Assembly (NCBI GenBank): GCA_947629265.1 | Contig: CANRCZ010000002.1 | Coordinates: 6,567-70,566, forward strand | Direction: 5' to 3' | DNA from: an uncultured Bacilli bacterium | GTDB taxonomy: Bacteria; Bacillota_I; Bacilli_A; RF39; UBA660 | DNA length: 64,000 nucleotides | Shown here: positions 1 through 8,433 of the stretch, piece after piece | Position numbering within the stretch: position 1 is the first letter of the stretch | Layout: each line of letters begins with the position of its first letter | Notes under the pieces: model-generated | The model's input: the letters and a program-made list of their open reading frames with translations, nothing else | Databases searched by the model: none | Told to the model about the DNA's origin: nothing | Made by a program: the position numbers and the translations under genes

Positions 1-7
1 GATAAAT

Positions 8-430
8 ATGAATGAATATAAATTTGAGGATATTAAATTAGGCTTAGAACATGAGTTTAAAGTTGAACTAACACAAGAAAAAATGGATGCATTTTTAAGT
101 ATAACAGGGGATATAAATCCTCTTCATAATAACAAAGAATTTGCATTATCAAAAGGTTATGAAGATAAAGTAGTGTATGGAATGCTTACCTCATCATTTT
201 TATCTACACTAGCAGGAGTATATTTGCCTGGAAAATATAGTTTAATACATTCAGTGGACATTCTTTTTAAAAGATCAGTGTATTTAAAAGATAGTCCTCT
301 TACCATAAAAGGAAAAGTAATTGATAAAAATGACATATTTAAAGAATTTACAATAAAATATGAGATACTTAACAATAATAATGTGAAAGTAACAAGAGGT
401 ACAATGAAAGTAGGGTTGTTAGATGAATGA
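8..430 (+). CDS. MaoC-like (hotdog fold) dehydratase
   Basis: 140 aa. Hotdog/MaoC-like motifs (INPLHNN..FA..GY...VVYGML). Overlaps the start of the next ORF, so operonic. Confidence 0.5.
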   Translation: MNEYKFEDIKLGLEHEFKVELTQEKMDAFLSITGDINPLHNNKEFALSKGYEDKVVYGMLTSSFLSTLAGVYLPGKYSLIHSVDILFKRSVYLKDSPLTIKGKVIDKNDIFKEFTIKYEILNNNNVKVTRGTMKVGLLDE

Positions 431-1157
431 AAAAGTATTATTAGTAACAGGTGCATCAAGTGATATTGGAGTAGAGTTAATAAAAAATATACATCAAAAT
501 TATGACTATATAATTGCACATTACAATAATGATAAAGGTGACCTTGTAGAATTAGAAGATAAGTTAAATGATAAATTAATATTATTATCTAGTAACTTTT
601 TAGATGAAGAAGATACAAATAAATTTGTAGATACAATTATAGAAAAAGGTATAATTCCTAATCATATTGTTCATTTGCCTGCTGGAAATTGTATTAATAA
701 AAAATTTCATCAATTAAATTGGGAAAAGTTTAATAAAGATTTAAATATTGGATTAAGATCTATAACTACTATATTAATGAAATTAATACCATTAATGTTA
801 AAGGAGAAAAATGGTAAAATAATTTTTATGCTAACATCTTATACATTAAATATTCCTCCTAAATATTTAACTAGTTATGTAACAAGCAAATATGCATTAT
901 TAGGATTGATGAAATCTTTGGCTCAAGAATACGCTAGTAAGGGAATAACAGTAAATGGAATATCACCAAGTATGATAGAAACTAAATTTTTAAATAGTAT
1001 TCCAGAATTAATTGTAAAACAAAATGCTGAGAATAGCCCTACAAAAGAAAATTTAAAGGTTAATGATGTCGTTCCAACTATAGAGTTTTTATTATCTGAT
1101 AAAGCAAACTGTATAACTGGCGAAAATATTGCCATTACAAACGGCAATATAATGTAG
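423..1157 (+). CDS. short-chain dehydrogenase/reductase (SDR) family oxidoreductase
   Basis: N-terminal Rossmann motif LLVTGASSDIGVELI. Catalytic Y-x3-K (YVTSKYALLGLMKSLAQEY). Confidence 0.6.
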   Translation: MNEKVLLVTGASSDIGVELIKNIHQNYDYIIAHYNNDKGDLVELEDKLNDKLILLSSNFLDEEDTNKFVDTIIEKGIIPNHIVHLPAGNCINKKFHQLNWEKFNKDLNIGLRSITTILMKLIPLMLKEKNGKIIFMLTSYTLNIPPKYLTSYVTSKYALLGLMKSLAQEYASKGITVNGISPSMIETKFLNSIPELIVKQNAENSPTKENLKVNDVVPTIEFLLSDKANCITGENIAITNGNIM

Positions 1158-1172
1158 GAAGTAGGTATTATT

Positions 1173-2702
1173 ATGAATTTGATATCATTTATATTTGCAA
1201 TGTTTTGTATTTTAACAATATTGGTTTATTTTGTAACACCTAAAAAAATAAGATGGATAGTATTATTAATATCAAGTTTATTTTTCTTATTTTATAAAAA
1301 TTTTAATGTAGTAACAATATTACAAGCTTTAACAATATTTTTATCAGCATATATATTTGCTAGATTGATAGAAAAGTATAAAGATACACATAAATCAAAA
1401 ATATTTTTAGTAATTAGTATTTTGTTAATATTATTAGTGTTGATGTATTTTAAGTATTCTAATTTATTTTTAATAACTATAGATCATATTTGTAATATTT
1501 TGAAAATAGATTATGATTTAAAACTTGTGAGTAGAAATTCATTAATCGGTCTTAGCTATTATTCATTAATTATGATTGGATATTTAACTGATGTTTATAG
1601 AGGTAGTGTTAAAGCTGAAAAAAATATATTTAAATGTGCATTATTTATGGCATATTTTCCAATATTAAATTCTGGACCTTTTATAAAATTTGAAAATATG
1701 AAAGACACATTATATGAAGGTCATAAATTCAGCTATAAGAGAATGTGTAATGGTCTTATCAGGATAGCTTGGGGAGCATTTAAAATATTAGTTATATCTC
1801 AAAGATGTGGATATTTTGTAAATACTGTTTGGGGTGATTTAGCTAAATTTAATGGTGTATACTCAATTATTGCAGCTTTATTGTTTCCGGTAGAACTGTA
1901 TGCTAATTTTTCAGGATCAATTGATATTATAATGGGAGTTAGTGAAATAATAGGTATAGGGTTGCCGGAAAACTTTGATTCTCCATTCTTTTCAAAAACG
2001 ATGACTGAATTTTGGAGAAGATGGCATATAACATTAGGAGCATGGCTTAGGGATTATATTTTTTATCCAATTCAAAAATCTAGTATTATACAAAAGCTAA
2101 ACAAATTTTGTAAATCTAAATTTGGTAAAAAGGTTGGAAAAAAGATACCATTATTTATTTCTATGTTTATTATGTGGTTATGTATAGGAATATGGCATGG
2201 TGGAGAATATCACTATATAATTGGATCGGGAATATTACAATTTGTAATAATATTTTTAGAAGATACATTAACACCAATATCTAATAAAATAAATGATAAA
2301 TTAGGAATAAACAGAGAAACTTTTGGATATAAACTGTATCAAGTAACTAGAACATTTTTATTATTTTCATTTACTATGATATTTTTTAGAGCTACTGGTG
2401 TTGCCGAAGCTATTGAATTTATAAAGAGCATGTTTGTTTCAAATCCGTGGGTACTTTTTGATAATGAATCATTATATACAGCTGGACTTGATATGTTAGA
2501 TTTTAGAATTTTAAATATATCATTAATAGTTTTATTCGTAATTGATTATTTAAAGACTAAATTTGATGTTAGAGAAAAATTATTTTCTCAAAATATAGTA
2601 TTTAGATGGACTGTCATATTTGTTTTATTATTCTCTATTATAATATTTGGATGTTATGGCGTAGGTTATAATGCTGCTGACTTTATTTATAGGGGATTTT
2701 AG
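1173..2702 (+). CDS. MBOAT family membrane-bound O-acyltransferase (DltB/AlgI-like)
   Basis: Polytopic membrane protein carrying the MBOAT hallmark FWRRWHITLGAWLRDYIFYP with the conserved His. Confidence 0.7.
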   Translation: MNLISFIFAMFCILTILVYFVTPKKIRWIVLLISSLFFLFYKNFNVVTILQALTIFLSAYIFARLIEKYKDTHKSKIFLVISILLILLVLMYFKYSNLFLITIDHICNILKIDYDLKLVSRNSLIGLSYYSLIMIGYLTDVYRGSVKAEKNIFKCALFMAYFPILNSGPFIKFENMKDTLYEGHKFSYKRMCNGLIRIAWGAFKILVISQRCGYFVNTVWGDLAKFNGVYSIIAALLFPVELYANFSGSIDIIMGVSEIIGIGLPENFDSPFFSKTMTEFWRRWHITLGAWLRDYIFYPIQKSSIIQKLNKFCKSKFGKKVGKKIPLFISMFIMWLCIGIWHGGEYHYIIGSGILQFVIIFLEDTLTPISNKINDKLGINRETFGYKLYQVTRTFLLFSFTMIFFRATGVAEAIEFIKSMFVSNPWVLFDNESLYTAGLDMLDFRILNISLIVLFVIDYLKTKFDVREKLFSQNIVFRWTVIFVLLFSIIIFGCYGVGYNAADFIYRGF

Positions 2703-2713
2703 GAGGAAAAGTT

Positions 2714-3772
2714 ATGCGTAAATATATGAACAAATGTTATATATATATATATATATCAAGGGTTATATTATTTATCATTGTATTTTGTATGCTTTGGAAT
2801 TCTGTTTTTAAGATATTAAATGTGGATGCTAATCCTATAACTGAATTTTATAAAGAAGATAAAAATACAATGGATATTGCATATATAGGTAGCAGTAATG
2901 TGTTTATGCATTTTAATGCAACTCTAGCGTATGACAAATATGGCTTCACTACCGGTCTTTTTTCGATAGGTTCAGCACCTTTCATGACTTCAAAATATAT
3001 GATTGAAGAAGTATTAAAGTATCAGAGACCTAAATTATTTATTATAGATTTATCAACTGTAGCTACCGATTCTAATATTGTGTTTACAGAAAATAATGTA
3101 AGAAATATATCTAATTCATTCAAGCAATCAAAAAATAGAATGAATTTACTTAATGAAATGTTGAGCAAGTTAAAAGCTGATGGTGTTGAAATTGAAAAAG
3201 ACTATACCTTCTATTATCCATTTCTTTTGTATCACAATTCTTGGAAATCTTTAACTCATGAAAAACTTACTAAATCTAAAAATTATTTTAAAGGTTACTA
3301 TTTGTCAGAAAAACAAGTTGCAACAATTAGTTATTCAGATTTGCAATGGGTTGATGGAAGTGAACGATTACAAGAATATAACAATAATGTACTAATCGAC
3401 ACCTTAGAATATTTAAAGAGAAAAAATATAGAAGTTATTTTTACTGTTCCTATTAAAAATTATGATTGGCACGTCAAAAGGAAAACTAACAGAGCAATAG
3501 AAATTATAAAAAGTTATGGTTTTAATTATATTAATTTTAATGATCTTGATACGAATATAGTTGATTTTTCCACTGATTTATACGATTGGGGACATTTAAA
3601 TGTGTATGGCGCTACTAAATATACATTGTATTTTTCAAAGTATTTAAAAGAAAATTATGATTTACCAGATCATAGAAATGATAATAAATATTCATCTTGG
3701 AAAAGTGAATACGAAAGGTTTAAAATAGAATTTAATAATTTAACTAAAAAAAATTTTGATGATTTAATTTAA
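2714..3772 (+). CDS. MBOAT-partner DltD/AlgJ/DHHW-like SGNH-type O-acyltransferase accessory protein, paralog 1
   Basis: N-terminal signal anchor, then YIGSSN... and a C-terminal DLYDWGHLNVYGATKYT motif. Lies immediately downstream of the MBOAT gene. The 5' end contains a (TA)9 tract. Confidence 0.45.
   Translation: MRKYMNKCYIYIYISRVILFIIVFCMLWNSVFKILNVDANPITEFYKEDKNTMDIAYIGSSNVFMHFNATLAYDKYGFTTGLFSIGSAPFMTSKYMIEEVLKYQRPKLFIIDLSTVATDSNIVFTENNVRNISNSFKQSKNRMNLLNEMLSKLKADGVEIEKDYTFYYPFLLYHNSWKSLTHEKLTKSKNYFKGYYLSEKQVATISYSDLQWVDGSERLQEYNNNVLIDTLEYLKRKNIEVIFTVPIKNYDWHVKRKTNRAIEIIKSYGFNYINFNDLDTNIVDFSTDLYDWGHLNVYGATKYTLYFSKYLKENYDLPDHRNDNKYSSWKSEYERFKIEFNNLTKKNFDDLI
2738..2756. repeat. (TA)9 dinucleotide tract inside the 5' coding region (encodes YIYIYI)
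   Basis: Read directly: tatatatatatatatatat, in frame as tgt tat ata tat ata tat ata tca. Confidence 0.8.
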
Positions 3773-3785
3773 AGAGGGAGATAAT

Positions 3786-4835
3786 ATGAGAACAAATGTT
3801 ATATATATATATATATATAAAATATTTATATTTATAATTGTATTTATATTATTATGGAATAGTATATTCAATATTTTGTGGATAAATAAAAGTCCAATAT
3901 CACTATTTTATAAAGAACCAAAAAATTCTCTAGATATTGTTTACATTGGTAGTAGTAATGTATATGCGTACTTTAATACAACACTTGCTTATAATCAATA
4001 TGGATTTAAAACAGGTATTTTTGCAACAGATATGATGCCATTTTTGACGTATAAATATGCGATAGAAGAGTCATCAAAAACACAAAATCCAAAGCTATAT
4101 GTAATTGATTTAGCTACATCGATTGCTTCTTTAGATGTTTATAGTGAAGGTGATTTTAGAAGAACAATAGATTCTTTTAAATTTTCTAAGACTAGACGTG
4201 ATTTAATAAAATCTATGTATGAATATAAGGATTATTTAAGTTTTGAAATTAATGATATAAATGATTTTTATTTTTCATACCTTATGTACCATAATAAATG
4301 GAAGGAAATAACTGAAAGTTCGTTTAATAATGAAAAAAAATTATTTAAGGGATACTTATTTACATACTTTCAAACTAGAAAAGAAAAACATATTAAGTAT
4401 GATTGGAATTGCACTGAAAAAAAATTGATAAATTATAGCAAAGAAATACTAGAAGATTTATTAGAATATTTAAATAAAAATAATATTAATGTATTATTTA
4501 CTATACCTGTTAAAGTGTATACATTAGAACAAAATCAATATTTAAATAATGTTACCAAGATAATTGAAAAAAATGGATATAAAGTAATAAATTTTAATAA
4601 AGTTGATGATTTAAATATTGATTTTGATAATGATTTATATAATGCAAGTCATTTAAATGTATATGGCGCTACTAAATATACATTGTATTTTTCAAAATAT
4701 TTAAAATCTAATTATAATTTGCCTGATCATAGAAATAATGAAAAATATTCATCTTGGAAGAGTGAATACGAAAGGTTTAAAACAGAATTTAATAATTTAA
4801 CTCAAAGAAATTTTGATGAATTGTTAGATAATTAG
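3786..4835 (+). CDS. MBOAT-partner DltD/AlgJ/DHHW-like protein, paralog 2
   Basis: Tandem paralog of the preceding ORF with the same C-terminal motif (DLYNASHLNVYGATKYTLYFSKYLK). The 5' end contains a (TA)10 tract. Confidence 0.45.
   Translation: MRTNVIYIYIYKIFIFIIVFILLWNSIFNILWINKSPISLFYKEPKNSLDIVYIGSSNVYAYFNTTLAYNQYGFKTGIFATDMMPFLTYKYAIEESSKTQNPKLYVIDLATSIASLDVYSEGDFRRTIDSFKFSKTRRDLIKSMYEYKDYLSFEINDINDFYFSYLMYHNKWKEITESSFNNEKKLFKGYLFTYFQTRKEKHIKYDWNCTEKKLINYSKEILEDLLEYLNKNNINVLFTIPVKVYTLEQNQYLNNVTKIIEKNGYKVINFNKVDDLNIDFDNDLYNASHLNVYGATKYTLYFSKYLKSNYNLPDHRNNEKYSSWKSEYERFKTEFNNLTQRNFDELLDN
3800..3819. repeat. (TA)10 dinucleotide tract inside the 5' coding region of the paralog (encodes IYIYIY)
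   Basis: Read directly: tatatatatatatatatata. Same relative position as in paralog 1. Confidence 0.8.
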
Positions 4836-4968
4836 TATAAAGATTTTTTTATAAAAATAATGTAAGAAATATTTCTGGTTAATTTAAATAACATAAAGAT
4901 AGAATAAATTTGTTTGGTGAATAGATATATACTATTAGTTATCAATTGCAATCTATATCAATAAATTA

Positions 4969-5286
4969 TTAATCTTTATTTTCAAATATTGCTACTGCGA
5001 TTGTATATTTCTTTTCATGGGAAATAGAAATATTAATATTGCTATTGTTAGAGCAATATGGTTTTCCATCTTTATCATTCAATATTTCAAAGTCTAAGAA
5101 ATTATATGTCTTAGTATTAGGCAGTGCCTTCATAATAGCTTCTTTACCAGCTATTCGGCCACATAAATATAGATATCCTTTGTTTTTAAATTCTAATTGT
5201 TCATTTTTAGTTAAAACTAGATTAATAAATTCTTCATTCTTGTCAACTAGTCTTTCGTTTTCTACAATATCACAACCAATATTCAT
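4969..5286 (-). CDS. acpS: holo-[acyl-carrier-protein] synthase (4'-phosphopantetheinyl transferase)
   Basis: N-terminal MNIGCDIVENER (GxDxxExxR motif). ISISHEKKYTIAVAIF matches the SxSHxxxyAxA region of AcpS. Length 105 aa. Confidence 0.65.
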   Translation of the reverse strand: MNIGCDIVENERLVDKNEEFINLVLTKNEQLEFKNKGYLYLCGRIAGKEAIMKALPNTKTYNFLDFEILNDKDGKPYCSNNSNINISISHEKKYTIAVAIFENKD

Positions 5287-5514
5287 AAAATCACTTCCTA
5301 ATCTCTATTATACTAAAAAAGTATATAAAGTAAAGTTAATATTTAATTTTCAATATAAAATAAAAATCCTTTAGTAATAATATTGGATTGTTTTCTAAGA
5401 TTTTATTAATTTATTTTACTAATAATTTTTTGTTAATATTAAAATTTATGTATGAATTATCATTTTACATAATTAGTAAATAATGTTATAATGTTTAATA
5501 TAAAGAGGTGGATT

Positions 5515-6960
5515 ATGCGAAGTAAAAAATTAAAAAGAAAAAGAATACGTATTGCAAGTATTGTAATATTTACTTTAATGGTAATAATGATGTGTATTTT
5601 TATGGGATATTTAAAATATACTAACGTTTTATCTATGAAATATTATGGAGCTATACTATTTATGTTTTTAGTAATTGTATTACTTACTATGGCTATAACA
5701 TTTAAAAAGAATATAAAAAGTGGCATTAAAATCTTTTTTGATGTAATAATGGTTATTATTACATGTTTATTGGTAGCTGGAATGTTTCCTATGAGTAAAT
5801 TAATGAACTTTATGGGAAACATTCAAGATGATAACAAAGAATATGAAAATTATTATGTTTTAGTTCTAAAAGATAGTAAATATGATAAACTAAATGATAT
5901 TAAAAATAAAAATATCGGAATTTTAAAAAGTGATGATAAAGAATATAAAAATGCTTTAGAAAAATTAAATGATACTGTAAAAACAAAACAAACAGATTAT
6001 AAAGATAGCACAGCTTTATCAGATAACTTGTTAAATAAAAAAGAAGAGGCTATATTCATTGATAGTGTTGGTTATTATATGACAGAAGAAGAAACCAGTA
6101 AATATTATGGTAAATTTAAAGTATTAGATACTATTAATATAGCAACTGAAAGCAAAATTGAAAAAGAAGATGTTAATGTTGTAAAAGAATCATTTAACAT
6201 TTATATTAGTGGTATTGATACATATGGTAAAATATCTACTAAATCAAGAAGTGATGTAAATATTATAGCTACAGTAAATCCTAAAACCAATAAGGTATTA
6301 TTGACTAGCATTCCACGTGATTATTATGTACAATTACATGGAACTACTGGATATAAAGATAAATTAACACATGCTGGTGTTTACGGAATTAATCAATCAA
6401 TTAATACTATTGAGGATTTATTAGATATTAAAATTAACTACTATATGAGGGTAAATTTTACAACATTAATTAAAATGGTAGATGTCATTGGTGGTGTGGA
6501 TATTAATTCTGATATGTCTTTTTATCCTTTATCTGATTCAACATGTTATATAAAGAAAGGTAATAATCATTTAAATGGTAAATGTGCTTTAGCATATGCA
6601 AGAGAAAGACATGCTTATGCCTCAGGAGATAGACATAGAGGACAAAATCAACAACAAATTATAACAGCTATGATTAATAAATTTACAACAAATAAATCAT
6701 TAGTTTTAAAATATAACAGTATATTTAATTCATTAGAGGGAAGTTTTCAAACTAATATGGGTACAAGTAAAATTACATCACTTGTTCAAAAACAAATTGA
6801 TTCTATGCCAAGTTGGGATATTGAATCATACAATCTAGATGGTAGTGGTAAAATGACATATACATATAGTTATCCAGGACAAAAATTATATGTAATGGTT
6901 CCATATGAAGAAACTGTAGAAACAGCTAAAACAAAAATAGACAGTTTATTACAGGAATAA
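5515..6960 (+). CDS. LytR-CpsA-Psr (LCP) family cell-envelope phosphotransferase
   Basis: N-terminal TM segments, then an LCP core (ATVNPKTNKVLLTSIPRDYYV...GVYGIN...MRVNFTTLIKMVDVIGGVDIN). Start moved to the ATG at 5515, preceded by AAGAGGTGG. The track start at 5491 has no SD. Confidence 0.7.
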   Translation: MRSKKLKRKRIRIASIVIFTLMVIMMCIFMGYLKYTNVLSMKYYGAILFMFLVIVLLTMAITFKKNIKSGIKIFFDVIMVIITCLLVAGMFPMSKLMNFMGNIQDDNKEYENYYVLVLKDSKYDKLNDIKNKNIGILKSDDKEYKNALEKLNDTVKTKQTDYKDSTALSDNLLNKKEEAIFIDSVGYYMTEEETSKYYGKFKVLDTINIATESKIEKEDVNVVKESFNIYISGIDTYGKISTKSRSDVNIIATVNPKTNKVLLTSIPRDYYVQLHGTTGYKDKLTHAGVYGINQSINTIEDLLDIKINYYMRVNFTTLIKMVDVIGGVDINSDMSFYPLSDSTCYIKKGNNHLNGKCALAYARERHAYASGDRHRGQNQQQIITAMINKFTTNKSLVLKYNSIFNSLEGSFQTNMGTSKITSLVQKQIDSMPSWDIESYNLDGSGKMTYTYSYPGQKLYVMVPYEETVETAKTKIDSLLQE

Positions 6961-7215
6961 TAAAATTAATTATCCCTGTAATAAATACCAATTATAGAAA
7001 ACGATTTTACTTTAATATAACAAATAAATACTATATAAAAGATTTATGAGTTCCTCATCAAATGTTTGTAGTTATCAAATATTTATTAAAGTTAATTTAA
7101 TAGTTGTGTTGATTTCAGTTTTTCTTTTAGTGGTGTGTCTTGATGGATGGTATCTGATATAAATAGTTATAGTTTTAAGTAATAATTATAACTTTGAATG
7201 ATAGGGTGGGTAATT

Positions 7216-8325
7216 ATGAAAAATTTAAAAGTTGATAGTAAACCAAAAAATCATCGCCAATCAAATATAGAATTACTTAGAATTGTATCGATGTTATTTA
7301 TTATAATGTTTCATTATGTATATAAAAGTGGATATACCTCACCAACATTTACATTTAATTATTTTATAGTAAAATTATTTTATATGCTTGGTGAATTAGG
7401 AGTAAATATATTTATTCTAATAAGCGGTTATTTTATGATAAAAGGTAAGTTTAGTATAAAGAAATTAATTAAATTATTATTAGAAGTAGAATTTTATTAC
7501 CTTTTTTCAGTGTTTATCGCTTCAAAACTAGGAATTTACACAGTTAGTCATACTTTTAAAGGTATATTTATGTTGTTCTTCCCAACTACTTTAAATAGGT
7601 ATTGGTTTATAACAGTTTACGTATTGATCTATATTTTAAGTCCATATCTAAATATACTAGCTAATAACATGGATAAAAAGACTTATCAAAAGTTTTTGTT
7701 TACTGTTTTATTAATATGGTGCGTGATACCAACTTTCTTTGGATTATTTTTTAACGGAACAGAATCAATGTTATATTATTCAAGATTTATCTGGCTTATT
7801 ATAATATATTTTGTTGGTGCTTATATAAGACTAAATCCTGTAAATATTTTTTCTAAAAATAATAATGCCATCATATGTTTTTCAATATCAACAGTGGCAA
7901 CTATTATAGGAATTTTAGGTTTTTATAAATTTAGAAATATTTTAGCAAATTTAGGTACAACAGAAATTGCATATTTTTGGCAACCAAATTCCATTTTAAT
8001 GTTTTTATTAAGTATTTCATTATTCACTATTTTTCTAAAGGTAAAAATAAACTATAATTTTATAATAAATAAATTAGCATCTACAACTTTAGCAGTCTAC
8101 ATGTTACATGATGGTATCTTGCAAGGGTATATTTGGAATAATATTTTTAAAACAAAAATGAGGCTCGGGGGGGGGTATTCTATAATTCATATATTGATTG
8201 CAACCGTAATAATATACCTAGTTGGCAGTGTAATAGATTTAATAAGACAATTCTTATTTGATAACGTACTAGATAGATTGATAAATAACTTTAAATCAAA
8301 AAAAGCATCAGTGCAACTTAATTAA
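7216..8325 (+). CDS. Acyltransferase_3 family (OatA/OafA-like) integral membrane O-acyltransferase
   Basis: NHRQSNIELLRIVSMLFIIMFH and about 10 TM segments are typical of acyltransferase family 3. ATG at 7216 follows GGGTGGG. Contains an in-frame G9 tract at 8167-8175. Confidence 0.6.
   Translation: MKNLKVDSKPKNHRQSNIELLRIVSMLFIIMFHYVYKSGYTSPTFTFNYFIVKLFYMLGELGVNIFILISGYFMIKGKFSIKKLIKLLLEVEFYYLFSVFIASKLGIYTVSHTFKGIFMLFFPTTLNRYWFITVYVLIYILSPYLNILANNMDKKTYQKFLFTVLLIWCVIPTFFGLFFNGTESMLYYSRFIWLIIIYFVGAYIRLNPVNIFSKNNNAIICFSISTVATIIGILGFYKFRNILANLGTTEIAYFWQPNSILMFLLSISLFTIFLKVKINYNFIINKLASTTLAVYMLHDGILQGYIWNNIFKTKMRLGGGYSIIHILIATVIIYLVGSVIDLIRQFLFDNVLDRLINNFKSKKASVQLN
8167..8175. repeat. poly-G tract (G9) inside the acyltransferase ORF
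   Basis: aggctc GGGGGGGGG tattc encodes RLGGGY. The same aggctYggggggggg context recurs at 40858. Confidence 0.85.
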
Positions 8326-8433
8326 AGTTTCAATATGCTTTTTATTTTTATGCAACAATATGTAGATATTGTTAATTTATAGATATGTAAATGATACAAT
8401 AAACTCATTTAATAGATAGATGGAGATGGATTT

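Noticed and set aside
157-519. Minus-strand ORFs antisense to annotated genes (157-519, 923-1147, 9174-9377, 12777-12977, 13158-13352, 13461-13691, 13983-14168, 16026-16256, 17739-18023, 19767-19970, 21244-21432, 21794-22111, 32577-32774, 35071-35968, 36942-37139, 38898-39083, 39726-40064, 41278-43188, 45002-45211, 47128-47472, 50508-50699, 51945-52193, 52937-53179, 61941-62216)
   Set aside because: All are embedded in, and antisense or out of frame to, well-supported longer genes. They are low-complexity with no SD. They are spurious six-frame products.
5039-5374. 111-aa plus-strand ORF overlapping acpS
   Set aside because: It is antisense to a well-supported acpS with conserved motifs. Its product is low-complexity and it has no SD.
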